A stretch of DNA of 64,000 nt, taken from assembly GCA_965203555.1 (NCBI GenBank), contig CBDBCY010000004.1, forward strand, positions 2,016,001 to 2,080,000, in the 5' to 3' direction. A program made the translations under genes and the position numbers. This DNA is from Acidimicrobiia bacterium. GTDB taxonomy: Bacteria; Actinomycetota; Acidimicrobiia; Spongiisociales; ZC4RG35. The notes beneath the pieces are model-generated. The model was not told the origin of the DNA, did not search any database, and worked only from the letters and a program-made list of their open reading frames with translations. The stretch's first letter is position 1; every line of letters starts with the position of its first letter. Positions 29,369-40,067 of the stretch are shown piece by piece.

Positions 29369-30142
29369 CTATGCGACTCCGGGATGCCACCACTGTGCCT
29401 CCACCCGCCCGATGGCGTCGGAAGCGGCGGCTGTTGTTGTGGTTTCATCGTCGGGACTTTGTAGTGCTCCGGTTCCTACATTTCCCACCATCGAGGCCAC
29501 CTGCTCGATCGCGTCGGTGAAGATGTCGAAGACCGCTTCCAGCCGCACCAATGCCGCCCTGCGAGCCTCGCCGGTATCCGCGGACCGTAGTCCGTCCAGC
29601 ATCTCCGAGACCATGTCGGGCATCCGGCCGACTGCCGTTGCGGCCATCCGATGTGCTTGTGAAAAGTCGACCCCCGACGGCGCTTCGATCGATGCGAAGG
29701 CCTCGACCAAATCCCGGGTGCGTTGTACGGCATCCTCCAAGGCGGCTTCAGTATCCGAATAAGAGACAGACCCTCCGGACCGATTGTCCCATTGGTCGTT
29801 TACAGAGCGGACCTGTTCCACCAGCGCCTTTACACCGGTCTCGGCCGAGAGGAGGTCTCGGAGATAATTCGAAGCGGCCTCGGTGGGAAAGGTCGTGGTG
29901 GTAGTGGTGGCCGGCGCAGCAGTGGTCGTTGTTCCAGGCTGGACCGTGGTGGTGGTTACCGTGGCGATGGTGGTTGCCTGGGCCGAAGTGGTGGTCGGTG
30001 TCCCCGCGGCGCCTGCTGAAGTGGTCTCTGGAGCATCTGCCGCATCAGGCGAACATGACGCTCCCAGGGCAGGGAGCAACATGATCGCAACAAGGACACA
30101 GGACTTTCGGAGTGTGACAGAGGAGGTATGCACCGCTCTCAT
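29369..30142 (-). CDS. Uncharacterised lipoprotein, paralogue 3
   Basis: LGASC lipobox, Thr-rich linker, NDQWDNRSGGSVSYSDTEAALE, MLDGLRSADTGEARRA. Confidence 0.75.
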   Translation of the reverse strand: MRAVHTSSVTLRKSCVLVAIMLLPALGASCSPDAADAPETTSAGAAGTPTTTSAQATTIATVTTTTVQPGTTTTAAPATTTTTTFPTEAASNYLRDLLSAETGVKALVEQVRSVNDQWDNRSGGSVSYSDTEAALEDAVQRTRDLVEAFASIEAPSGVDFSQAHRMAATAVGRMPDMVSEMLDGLRSADTGEARRAALVRLEAVFDIFTDAIEQVASMVGNVGTGALQSPDDETTTTAAASDAIGRVEAQWWHPGVA

Positions 30143-30219
30143 TCTCTAAAACAGCTTCGCTCCTCCTGAAAATACTCACATGGACGCGCAGAAGATGGGA
30201 TTGATCAAGTGGCAGGCGC

Positions 30220-30924
30220 CTACCGGGAGGTCTTACGTTTCCAGGCCTTGGACAGGTAGGGAATGGCTTCGGGGGTCTTGCAGGAGGTCTTTCCGTGGTC
30301 GACCTCGACTTTCCCTATCCGTCGCGCCGCCTGTATCGCCGCCCGACGCAAATGCGGGTTCCGACAGCCGATGGCAATCAAAGCGCCGTTCATGGAGTGC
30401 CGCACCCGGTTGGCTGCCCGCGAGATATAGTGTTCTATGTGAATCAAGCGGCCGCTGAAGTAGTCGTCGGGCAAGCCGCCCTTGGCGTCCAAGGCCTGGG
30501 AGGCTACCAGTGACCACCCGGTGGCGCCCACCCATTCATCTTCGGGGTCGGCAGTCCATTCCTGGGCGAAATCGTCTCTCAGGGAGGTTCGACCGACCAG
30601 CGACGCCAGGGCGTCGGCCAGAACGTAATTGTCGACATCCATGATCCTTTGGCGAATAATCTTGGCGGTGATCCGAGACGGATCATCCACCATGGTGGCC
30701 AAAACTCGCGCATCGTGGTTGCCGGACATCCACAGCTCTTGCGCCAATCGAGAATTGGGAGCCAGTCGTTTGGCAACTTTCCGCAGATTGGCGTAGCTGA
30801 CTCCGAACAGCGGCGCCTGCACGCCATGACGAGGATAGACCTTGCGATTCTGGGCGGTCCCGAGCACTTCCAACTCGGCCAGTGTCTCGTCATAAAGGGC
30901 GGATGAAATGACAGCGGGCGACAG
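30220..30924 (-). CDS. AlkD-family DNA alkylation repair protein (probable CTG start)
   Basis: GVSYANLRKVAK, LAQELWMSGNHDARVLA, MNGALIAIG, IGKVEVDHGKTSCKTP. SD GGAGGA lies 6 nt before an in-frame CTG at 30924. Confidence 0.82.
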   Translation of the reverse strand: MSPAVISSALYDETLAELEVLGTAQNRKVYPRHGVQAPLFGVSYANLRKVAKRLAPNSRLAQELWMSGNHDARVLATMVDDPSRITAKIIRQRIMDVDNYVLADALASLVGRTSLRDDFAQEWTADPEDEWVGATGWSLVASQALDAKGGLPDDYFSGRLIHIEHYISRAANRVRHSMNGALIAIGCRNPHLRRAAIQAARRIGKVEVDHGKTSCKTPEAIPYLSKAWKRKTSR

Positions 30925-31056
30925 GGTGTCTCCTCCAATGGTTGGCCTCGGTCTCGGTCCAGTTTAAGGTCCACGCGAAAATCTATCTATCTGTGACGGG
31001 CCTAAGGCTGAAGCACGCTCTTACCATTCCAGAGAAGTGGCTGAAAGGAGCCTGAT

Positions 31057-32229
31057 ATGAGCAACTTGACCGCGGCGGCTGATGCCGTCCTTGACGGGGT
31101 GACATCGGGAAGCCCACGGGTACCCGGCGTCGTGGCTTTGGCAACCAACCGTGACGGCAATATCTACGAAGGCGCGAGAGGGGTCCGCTCTCTTGGCAAC
31201 GGCGCGGCGATGACCACCGACACCATTTGCGCGATCTTCTCGACCACCAAGGCCATCGGTGGTACCGCCTGCCTGCAGTTGGTGGAGGAAGGCCGGCTCG
31301 ACCTTGACGCACCGGCCAAGAACTACACCCCCGACATAGGGGAACTGCAGGTACTGGACGGTTTCGACGACAACGGGGACCCGATGCTCCGGCCCCCGAA
31401 ACGTGATGTGACAACCAGGATGCTGCTCCTCCACACCGCAGGCCTGTCCTACTTTTTCTTCAACGAAACATACAATCGGTTGGCGCAGGACCACGGCCAG
31501 GTCAGCCCGGTCACCTCTTCCAAGGAATCCCTTATGACGCCCCTGCTTTTCGATCCGGGAGATCAGTGGGAGTACGGAACGAATATCGACTGGGCCGGTC
31601 AGGTGGTGGAAGGGATCACCGGCAAGCGCCTGGGCGAGGTGATGCAGGAGCGGATCTTCGAACCCCTGGGGATGGATTCCACGTCCTTTGACCTGAGCGA
31701 TGAGATGCGGAGTCGGATGGCTTTGATACATCACCGGGGCGACGACGGAGAGTTGACGCCTCTCGACTTCGAGTTGCCGCCGGATCCCGAGGTGCACATG
31801 GCCGGTCACGGCTTGTACTCGACCGTTGAGGACTACATGAAGTTCATTCGTATGTGGCTGAACGACGGCATGGGTCCCGGCGGGCAGGTCCTCGCCAGGG
31901 AGACCGTGGAGATGGCAGTCCAGAACGGGTTGGGAGAGATGAAGATCAAGGGTCTTCCCGCAGTGGACCCGTTTCTCACCAACTACGCCGAGTTCTTCCC
32001 CGGCATGCCCAAGTCCTGGGCGTTGAGCTTCATGATCAATGACGAGGAGGCTCCGACCGGCCGGCCGGCGGGCGCTCTGGCCTGGGCGGGCCTGGCCAAC
32101 CTCTACTACTGGATCGATCGCCAGAACGATGTTGGGGGTTTCTGGGCCACCCAGATCTTCCCGTTCGCCGATGGGACATCGGTTGGCGGTTTCATGGACT
32201 TCGAGACCGCGATCTACAACAACCTGTAG
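31057..32229 (+). CDS. Beta-lactamase class C-like serine hydrolase (family VIII esterase)
   Basis: STTK (SxxK), LLLHTAG, WEYGTN (YxN), WAGLAN. SD AAGGAG. Confidence 0.88.
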   Translation: MSNLTAAADAVLDGVTSGSPRVPGVVALATNRDGNIYEGARGVRSLGNGAAMTTDTICAIFSTTKAIGGTACLQLVEEGRLDLDAPAKNYTPDIGELQVLDGFDDNGDPMLRPPKRDVTTRMLLLHTAGLSYFFFNETYNRLAQDHGQVSPVTSSKESLMTPLLFDPGDQWEYGTNIDWAGQVVEGITGKRLGEVMQERIFEPLGMDSTSFDLSDEMRSRMALIHHRGDDGELTPLDFELPPDPEVHMAGHGLYSTVEDYMKFIRMWLNDGMGPGGQVLARETVEMAVQNGLGEMKIKGLPAVDPFLTNYAEFFPGMPKSWALSFMINDEEAPTGRPAGALAWAGLANLYYWIDRQNDVGGFWATQIFPFADGTSVGGFMDFETAIYNNL

Positions 32230-32259
32230 GGAGACCTGCACAAGCTCACATTGATTAAA

Positions 32260-32294
32260 GAGATGGCTCCCCAGGTCATGCCGGGAGCCATCTC
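32260..32294. terminator. Hairpin terminator between convergent genes
   Basis: 12-bp stem GAGATGGCTCCC / GGGAGCCATCTC; T-run follows on the minus strand. Confidence 0.7.
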
Positions 32295-32346
32295 CTCATA
32301 AAACCCTCTTGAGTTGTGGCCGACTGCGTCCCTGTGGGGAACCCGG

Positions 32347-33293
32347 CTAGCGGTAGCCGCCGCCTCGCCGGAGGCTGTCGAGCGTTACGGCGATGATCAG
32401 TATGGCGCCGCGGACTACCGACTGCCAGTAGATCTGCACTTGCAGGAGGATCAGTCCGTTCTGGACGACCCCGATTATCAACAGTCCCAGGAGGGTTCCC
32501 AAAAGGCCTCCCCGTCCTCCGCTCAGGGCGATGCCGCCCAGCAGTACTGCGGCGATGATGTCCAACTCGGCGCCGTTCAGGGCGCTTGGCAGGGCCGTTC
32601 CGCTCTGGGAAGTGAGCATCAGACCCGCCAACCCCGCCAGGCAGGCCTGGGCCACGTAGGTCCAGCCTCGCAGGCGGTCGACCCTGATGCCGACGTTGCG
32701 GCAAGCTTCGCTGTTTCCGCCCACGGCGTAGAGGTGATTGCCTGCCACGGTGAATCGCATGAAGCACATTCCCAGCACCACCACCGCCAGGAACAACCAG
32801 ACGGTTATGGGGGCTCCCAGCCAGGACCCTCTTCCCAGTTCGCTCCACGCGTTGACCCCGATCACGATGTTGTCGCCGCCCGTGGAAACGAAGGCCAAGC
32901 CCCGATAGAAGAGCAGGGTTCCCAGGGTGGCGATGATCGGGTTGATTCTGAACTTGACGATCAACAGGGCATTGAACGCGCCCAGCACTCCTGCGGCGGC
33001 TACTCCCAACACACCAACCAGGACGCTGTTGACGTCCAGGGTGATCAGGCTGGCAGTGACCATACCCGCCACTGCCGCCACTGCCGCCATGGACAGGTCC
33101 AATCCTCCGGCGATCATCACCACCGTCAGACCGATAGCGATCAGACCTCTGATAGAAATGGCCTGTCCGATATTGATGAAGTTGCGGGTCGTGAAGAAAA
33201 ACTCGGACTGCCAACTGAATAGGGCAATCATCAACAACAGGGTGATGAGCAGACCGATCAGCGTCCAGTTGTCCTGCCTCTTGAAAACCGAGA

Positions 33294-33297
<4 letters not shown>
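32347..33297 (-). CDS. Sugar ABC permease (RbsC family)
   Basis: Motifs GGLDLS, INPIIATLG, IAAVLLGGIALSGGRG. Confidence 0.9.
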
Positions 33298-34067
<770 letters not shown>

Positions 34068-34089
34068 ACCTCTCTACCGATAAGGAAGG

Positions 34090-34133
34090 GAGGTACTCGG
34101 CGTACGAACCGGGGCTCGAAACGCCGAGTCCTC
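34090..34133 (-). other. Intergenic stem-loop downstream of the SBP gene (mRNA stabiliser or attenuator)
   Basis: GAGGtACTCGGCGT ... ACGCCGAGTCCTC inverted repeat. Confidence 0.5.
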
Positions 34134-34152
34134 TTTTGTTAGTTGGCTGTCT

Positions 34153-36180
34153 CTATCCGGGATAGAGGTCGAAGACGTTGTCCCGGGTTACGGGTGAGAC
34201 CGAGGGTATTAGCCGTTCGGGAACGGTCTTTCCTTCGATCAGGTCGACGATGGCCGGCACCAGGTAGGTCCCGTAGCGCTCGGGGAAGTAGGAGATGGTG
34301 GCTTTGAACACAGACTCCTCGTCAGAGCGCTCCCGCAAATCCACCAGCGCCTCGTCGGAGGCGCCCAGGCTGGCAGCGGCCGCGTGACCCAGGTAGCCAC
34401 TCTGCTCCAAAGCCAGCGCGCAGTCCACGCCGGGCTGGTCGCTGTGGCCGAAGCACAGCACGTGCTGTGCGCCGGGGTTGGCAGTCGCCCAGGTGGTCAC
34501 GTTGGGAAGGGTGTCGGTCAGGCCCTCGGTGGGGATGTCGTGGATGTTCTCGTCCGGGATGTCGAACGATTCCCGCACGCCGTCTCGGGCGCCGTCGGCG
34601 CGGGCCTTGTGGACCGGCACATCCGGAGTCCACACCAACAGCAGATGGGTGTCCTCGGGCGCCCAACCCTGCTCTTGGGCGAAGCCGGCCAGATATCGGC
34701 CGGCCTCCAGCGCCGCGTTGTAGTTGTCCGGGCCGAAGGCCACGCATCCGGGGTGGGGTCCGTCGTAGGAGACACATGGAATCCCGGCGTCGTGGAAGAT
34801 GCCGGCGATCAGTTCTTCGGTGCCGGCGATCCAGTTGGCGAAGATCACTCCGTCAACCTCTTGGGTTACCAGCAGGTTGGAGCACTCCACGGTCCGCTCC
34901 TGGTCGTAGGCGTTGTCGCAGTAGACGATCTCCACGCCCATCTCGGCGGCGATGGCGTTGATGTTGTCGGTCACGCTGTCCGTAAACGGGATACCCGACA
35001 GGCCGTCGCCGTAACCGATCCTGAACGCTCCGGAAGCTTCTCGAATCACGGCTTCGTACTCATCCTCCTCAGCCATGGCTGCTTCGTCCAGTTCGCCTCC
35101 CGGATACAGTTCCTCGACGTTGTCACGGGTGACAGGCTCCACCGAGGGGATGATCCTCTCGGGCAGGTCGGTGCGGTCTTCAATGAGATCGACGATGATG
35201 GGCACCAGATACTGTCCGTAACGCTCGGGGAAGTATGAGATAGTGGCCTTGAACACAGACTCGTCATTGCCACGCTCGCGCAGCTCCACGAGGGCTTCAG
35301 TGGATGCACCGGTTCCCGCGGCCGCGGCGTTGCCCAAGAAGCCGTTCTGTTCCAGGGCCAATCCGCAGTCGACGCCGGGCTGGTCGCTGTGGCCGAAGCA
35401 CAGCACATGCTTGGCATCGGGGTTGGCGATCGACCAGGTGGTCACGTTGGGCAGTGTGTCGGTCAGGCCCTCGGTGGGAATGTCGTGGATGTTCTCGTCC
35501 GGGATGTTGAACGACTCCCGCACGCCGTCGGTGGCGCCGTCGGCCCGAGCCTTGTGGACCGGCACGTCCGGGGTCCACACGAGCAGCAGCTCAGTCTCTT
35601 CGGGCGCCCATCCCTGCTCAAGGGCGTACTGCGCCAGGAAGCGACCGGCGGCTACTCCGGCCTCGTAGTTGTCGGGGCCGAAGGCCACGCATCCGGGGTG
35701 GGGGCCGTCGTAGGAGACGCATGGAATCCCGGCATCGTGGAAGATATTGGAGATCAGTTCTTCGGTGCCGGCGATCCAGTTGGCGAAGATCACTCCGTCG
35801 ACTTGTTGGGTTACCAGCAGGTTGGAGCATTCCACGGTCCGCTCCTGGTCGTAGGCGTTGTCGCAGTAGACGATCTCCACGCCCATCTCGGCGGCGATGG
35901 CGTTGATGTTGTCGGTCACGCTGTCGGTAAATGGAATTCCCGACAGTCCGTCACCGTAACCGATCTTCCACGGTTGTTCGGCCGGGCGGATCACGGCTTC
36001 GTAGGGGCCGGAAGGCGCCTCTGGCTCCTCCTCCATTACCTCATCTTCGGGGGCCTCTTCAACCGCGGCGGCCGTGGTCTCCGGGGCGGCGGTGGTGCCA
36101 GGAGCCTCATCCTCGTCTCCCCCGCAGGCGGCCACCAATAGGGCAATGACCGCCACTCCAACTATCAGCTTGCGTGACAT
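34153..36180 (-). CDS. Lipoprotein sugar ABC substrate-binding protein with two similar tandem RbsB-like domains
   Basis: LVAAC lipobox. IGYGDGLSGIPFTDSVTDNINAIAAEMGVEIVYCDNAYDQERTVECSNLLVTQ occurs twice (period ~945 bp). Confidence 0.9.
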   Translation of the reverse strand: MSRKLIVGVAVIALLVAACGGDEDEAPGTTAAPETTAAAVEEAPEDEVMEEEPEAPSGPYEAVIRPAEQPWKIGYGDGLSGIPFTDSVTDNINAIAAEMGVEIVYCDNAYDQERTVECSNLLVTQQVDGVIFANWIAGTEELISNIFHDAGIPCVSYDGPHPGCVAFGPDNYEAGVAAGRFLAQYALEQGWAPEETELLLVWTPDVPVHKARADGATDGVRESFNIPDENIHDIPTEGLTDTLPNVTTWSIANPDAKHVLCFGHSDQPGVDCGLALEQNGFLGNAAAAGTGASTEALVELRERGNDESVFKATISYFPERYGQYLVPIIVDLIEDRTDLPERIIPSVEPVTRDNVEELYPGGELDEAAMAEEDEYEAVIREASGAFRIGYGDGLSGIPFTDSVTDNINAIAAEMGVEIVYCDNAYDQERTVECSNLLVTQEVDGVIFANWIAGTEELIAGIFHDAGIPCVSYDGPHPGCVAFGPDNYNAALEAGRYLAGFAQEQGWAPEDTHLLLVWTPDVPVHKARADGARDGVRESFDIPDENIHDIPTEGLTDTLPNVTTWATANPGAQHVLCFGHSDQPGVDCALALEQSGYLGHAAAASLGASDEALVDLRERSDEESVFKATISYFPERYGTYLVPAIVDLIEGKTVPERLIPSVSPVTRDNVFDLYPG

Positions 36181-36252
36181 TCTCAACCTTTCTCTCTTTC
36201 AACTGTGATGGTGACGAAAATGGTCTTCGTCAAACCGGAGTCAGGTACACCG

Positions 36253-36270
36253 CCGTATGACGGTATACCA
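36253..36270. promoter_or_regulatory. Putative GntR/FadR-type operator upstream of the SBP gene
   Basis: Overlapping palindromes CCGTatgACGG and GGTATACC. Family assignment is inference. Confidence 0.4.
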
Positions 36271-36333
36271 CCATTTCCGGTCAGAAAAATAGCCTAACCC
36301 CGCCTATCCCTCAAAAGCCAACCTTGACGTTCA

Positions 36334-37632
36334 CTATTTTGGCCGCGAAATGCCTTCGGCATATTCGACCATGCTGGCGTTGACGGGATCTTCAAATTGA
36401 AATTCACCAGGTTGCAGAGTGGCGACATCAACAGGCTGTCCTCCCCGAATTACCTCCCGCACCCGGCGAATGTGGCTTATGTCAGAGAGGGGGTTTCCCT
36501 CCGTAATGAGAAGATCGGCCGCCTTCCCCTCCGCGAGAGTGCCGGTGAGGTGGTGCACGCCGAGGCGGCGACTTCCTTCCCGGGTGGCAGCCGTGAGGAC
36601 TTGCGCCGGTGTGAGCCCGGACTTTGTCAACATCTGCAATTCGTCGTGGAGGCTGAAACCGGGGATCAAGTATGGCCAGGGCGCGTCGGTCCCCACGACG
36701 ATGGGCACGCCGGCTTCATAGAACTTGGGGATGACCCTTTGGATCTCTGCAACCGCCGCCATTCGGCCCCGGGATCCTTGCGGATCGTGCCGGTGGGGGA
36801 AGGCATCCCAGCACTCACGAATCTTGTCGGGCACCCACCGCAGCCGCGGATCGGGCCGGGAGGCGAAGTGGCTGAGACGAGCCAGGCGATCCCAGACGAT
36901 GACAGTGGGACATAGCGCCGTGTTCGCCTCGATCAGTGCTTTCGTTATGTCCTCCAGATCAGCCAGATGGGTGCCGTCGAGGGGGTGAATGATCCCGCTC
37001 AGGTGCTGAAGTTCGGCCACGCCCGCCCCGGCGGCTTCCAGCGCGTTCACCTCTCCCAGGTGGGCGACTACCGGCACCCCGTTTCTTCTCCCCGCTGCCA
37101 CGGCCGCCTTGACCTGCTCCAGGTCCAGGTGAACGTAGAGCTTGATCTCGTTTACCCCGGCGGCGGCCAGCAGGTCGATCTTGGCGGCCACCGCCTCGGG
37201 ATCGGCGTGGCCTTCTCCGAGGCGAGGCCAGTTGACGTGCTCACCGTCCAGAACCGGGCCGCAGCAGCGCACCCGGGGAGTCGGCCGGGGGTCGGCCGCA
37301 AGTCGGCTACGCAGCCCCAGTATCCAGTCAAGGTCGTTGCCGATGTCCCGCACCGTGGTCACACCGGCAGCCAGGAGAGCGGGAACCATCCACGAGGCCA
37401 TGTGAATGTGGGCATCGATCAGCCCGGGCATGAGGGTGCATCCCGGAAAGACCATACGGTCGACGTCACCTGGCAGGGTCCTGGCATCCGCCACTCCTTC
37501 GATCTTGCTCCCTGATATCACCAGGGCCTTCCCCGATTGAGGCTCGGAATCCGGTGGATTCCACACCAGGTCTGGAACCAGCGCCAAGCGCGGTGAGCGT
37601 GGGTGTTGGGAGGGAGGAGATCGATGTTGCAT
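36334..37632 (-). CDS. Amidohydrolase superfamily protein
   Basis: PGLIDAHIH (HxH), GVTTVRDIG, VGTDAP, SLHDEL, GKAADL. The long ORF extension to 38271 is antisense to the SDR gene. Confidence 0.85.
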   Translation of the reverse strand: MQHRSPPSQHPRSPRLALVPDLVWNPPDSEPQSGKALVISGSKIEGVADARTLPGDVDRMVFPGCTLMPGLIDAHIHMASWMVPALLAAGVTTVRDIGNDLDWILGLRSRLAADPRPTPRVRCCGPVLDGEHVNWPRLGEGHADPEAVAAKIDLLAAAGVNEIKLYVHLDLEQVKAAVAAGRRNGVPVVAHLGEVNALEAAGAGVAELQHLSGIIHPLDGTHLADLEDITKALIEANTALCPTVIVWDRLARLSHFASRPDPRLRWVPDKIRECWDAFPHRHDPQGSRGRMAAVAEIQRVIPKFYEAGVPIVVGTDAPWPYLIPGFSLHDELQMLTKSGLTPAQVLTAATREGSRRLGVHHLTGTLAEGKAADLLITEGNPLSDISHIRRVREVIRGGQPVDVATLQPGEFQFEDPVNASMVEYAEGISRPK

Positions 37633-37713
37633 GCAGTGGACCCGGTTGTCAGCGAGATTTACCCTACCGGATGAGGACCGCAGAAGCCAGCCTCGCCCTA
37701 GCCTTCTGAGACA

Positions 37714-38493
37714 ATGACTGACGACCAACTCTCCTTGGGGGCGGGACTCTCGGGGCGCGGGGTGATAGTCACCGGCGCAGCCAGCGGGATCGGACGAGCG
37801 ACTGCTCGTCTCGCCGCGGCTTGCGGGGCCCGGGTGTGTGGGGTGGACCTGAACGGTCCGGCCTTGCGGGCGGAGAAGGAGCAATGGGACGATCCCGGTC
37901 GTCATCTGGCAGTGGAGATCGACTTGACCGGCGACGATGCTCCTCACACGGTGGTTGAGACCGTGCTGGAGGAGTTCGGCGACCTGTGGGGACTGGTCCA
38001 CTGCGCGGGAGTGCTGGTCCGCCGATCCAGCCCTGCCGAGGTGACCCGACAGGAATGGGATCTCCAGCACAGCGTGAACCTGAAAGCCTCCTTCTTCATC
38101 AACCAGGCAGTGGGCGAGGCGCTGAAAGCCCGCGGCGGGGGTGGGCGTATGATCACTCTCAGTTCGCAAGGGTGGTGGACGGGCGGAAGCCATGGTGCGG
38201 TGGTCTATTCCGCTTCGAAGGGGGGCATCGTCTCCATGTGCCGCGGTCTGTCCACCTCTTACGCTCCCCACGGGATCATGGTGAACTCCATCGCGCCCGG
38301 GGTGGTGGACACCCCCATGCTGGGGATTGGACTAACTGAGGCCGATCTCGAGGCGATCGCCGCCTCCTGCCCCATGGGAAGATTGGCGAGGCCTGAGGAG
38401 ATCGCCCAGGTTGCGGTGTTCCTGCTGTCCGCCCATGCCAGCTACATCTCGGCCGCCACCATCAATGTCAGCGGTGGTCTGCTCTTTTACTGA
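37714..38493 (+). CDS. Short-chain dehydrogenase/reductase
   Basis: Motifs TGAASGIG, YSASK, VNSIAPG. Confidence 0.92.
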   Translation: MTDDQLSLGAGLSGRGVIVTGAASGIGRATARLAAACGARVCGVDLNGPALRAEKEQWDDPGRHLAVEIDLTGDDAPHTVVETVLEEFGDLWGLVHCAGVLVRRSSPAEVTRQEWDLQHSVNLKASFFINQAVGEALKARGGGGRMITLSSQGWWTGGSHGAVVYSASKGGIVSMCRGLSTSYAPHGIMVNSIAPGVVDTPMLGIGLTEADLEAIAASCPMGRLARPEEIAQVAVFLLSAHASYISAATINVSGGLLFY

Positions 38494-38606
38494 TCCGGTC
38501 GTCGGCCAACCGACAAATACATCAGCAGGGGAGGACCAACCTGGGATTCTTCCCTATAGTCGGGGCTGTTGGATTACAGATAGAGGACAAGTCAAGGAGG
38601 GCACTC

Positions 38607-40067
38607 ATTACTGCTAAAAACACAAGTTTACGTGGAGGGGTAGGCCGGACCGACATAACCCCGCCCGTTCCCGCGGACCTGGTCGGATATGTACGCCGTT
38701 GGCGGCCTGCCATCGAGGTGCGATCTCCGCTGACGGCCACCGCCTTGGTGCTGGAGTCCGAGACCGAGCGAGTGGCGATACTGGGAATAGACCTGGCCAT
38801 TCTCAACCCCGAATACGCCACCATGATCCGGGAGATGATCGCCGAAGCGATCGACACGCGCCCCGAGTCGGTACTGTTGAATGTGAGCCACACCCATGCC
38901 GGGCCGCACACCCCCGGGCGCGTGAAGCTGGGAGGCCTGCTGGATGAGATCAGGCCTTCCGAGCAGGCCTATGCGGAGATACTTCCACACCAGATGGTCT
39001 CCGCGGCCCTGATCGCTGCGGAGAACACGGTGCCGGTGAGAGTGGGTTCGACCAGCACCGAGGTGCAGGGATTGACGGTGAACCGCCGCGAGCGGGTGCA
39101 AGGCGTGGAGGGGACGGTCGGGTCGCTAAACACCATCCTGGGCTGGAATCCCGACGGTCCGATCGACCGGGATGCGGGGGTGATCAGGGTCGACCGCCAG
39201 GACGGTTCGCCCCTGGCGGTGGTGGTGAGTTTCGGCTGCCACCCGGTGGTGGTGGGGCCCGAGGACCCGGCTATCAACCCCGACTTCCCCTGGCCGCTGC
39301 GAGACGCCGTGGAAGAGGCCACCGGGGCGATGTGCGTGTTCCTGCAGGGCGCCGGTGGGAATGTCCTGCCCTTGCAGGCGTTCATACCCGACCCCGCCGC
39401 GGGGGTGGAGTTCGGCGAGAAACTGGCGGCGGAGGCGCTGCACGCCATGGCTGGCATCGAAACGTTTGAAACTGAAATCGAGCGCCATGATTACGGTTCG
39501 GTCACTCCCATCGTCCTCTACCGGGTGGTGAGGGCCGAGAACCAGCCTCCCCAGGAGTTGGCCGTGGCTTCCACCGTGGTGGACCTGCCGCTCAAGAGAG
39601 TGCCCTCGATCGAAGAAGTGCAGGCCGAGCGGGATCACTACCGAGGCAACCTGGAGAAAGCGAAAGAGGCAGGCCTCGGACCCGAGGAACTCAATCCCAT
39701 CCAATACCACATCAGCTGGGCGGAAGCGGCGATCGCCCAGTTGGAGGAGGCCCCCTATGACCGGGTCCCGGCCTTCATTCAGGCGATCAGGATTGGAGAC
39801 ACCGCCATCGTTGCCATCCCCGGGGAAGCTTTTGCCGAGATCGCCCTGGCCATCAGGGACCGGTCCCCCACAGACCGGGCCAGCACTCTCTTCTCCGGAT
39901 ACTCCAACGGGGTTATTTCATACCTGCCCAGCGCCGCTGAGTACCCTCATGGTGGTTACGAGGTGGACTATGCCCACCATAGTTACGGTTTGATCGAACA
40001 GGTAGCCCCCGAGACGGAGGCGATCCTGGTTGAGGCAGGAGTGGCGATGCTCGAGGAGTTGTGGTAA
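38607..40067 (+). CDS. Neutral/alkaline ceramidase-like Zn hydrolase (probable ATT start)
   Basis: Motifs LRGGVGRTDITP, SHTHAGP, VNRR, GCHPV, QGAGGN, PGEAF, YLPS...GGYE. AAGGAGG lies 6 nt before the in-frame ATT at 38607. Confidence 0.8.
   Translation: MTAKNTSLRGGVGRTDITPPVPADLVGYVRRWRPAIEVRSPLTATALVLESETERVAILGIDLAILNPEYATMIREMIAEAIDTRPESVLLNVSHTHAGPHTPGRVKLGGLLDEIRPSEQAYAEILPHQMVSAALIAAENTVPVRVGSTSTEVQGLTVNRRERVQGVEGTVGSLNTILGWNPDGPIDRDAGVIRVDRQDGSPLAVVVSFGCHPVVVGPEDPAINPDFPWPLRDAVEEATGAMCVFLQGAGGNVLPLQAFIPDPAAGVEFGEKLAAEALHAMAGIETFETEIERHDYGSVTPIVLYRVVRAENQPPQELAVASTVVDLPLKRVPSIEEVQAERDHYRGNLEKAKEAGLGPEELNPIQYHISWAEAAIAQLEEAPYDRVPAFIQAIRIGDTAIVAIPGEAFAEIALAIRDRSPTDRASTLFSGYSNGVISYLPSAAEYPHGGYEVDYAHHSYGLIEQVAPETEAILVEAGVAMLEELW

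Noticed and set aside
31057-32229. Antibiotic-resistance beta-lactamase
   Set aside because: No signal peptide, and the motifs (LLLHTAG, WAG box) fit cytoplasmic family VIII esterases.
37633-38271. 213-codon N-terminal extension of the amidohydrolase ORF (645 aa in the track)
   Set aside because: It is the antisense shadow of the SDR gene; amidohydrolase similarity begins only below ~37600.
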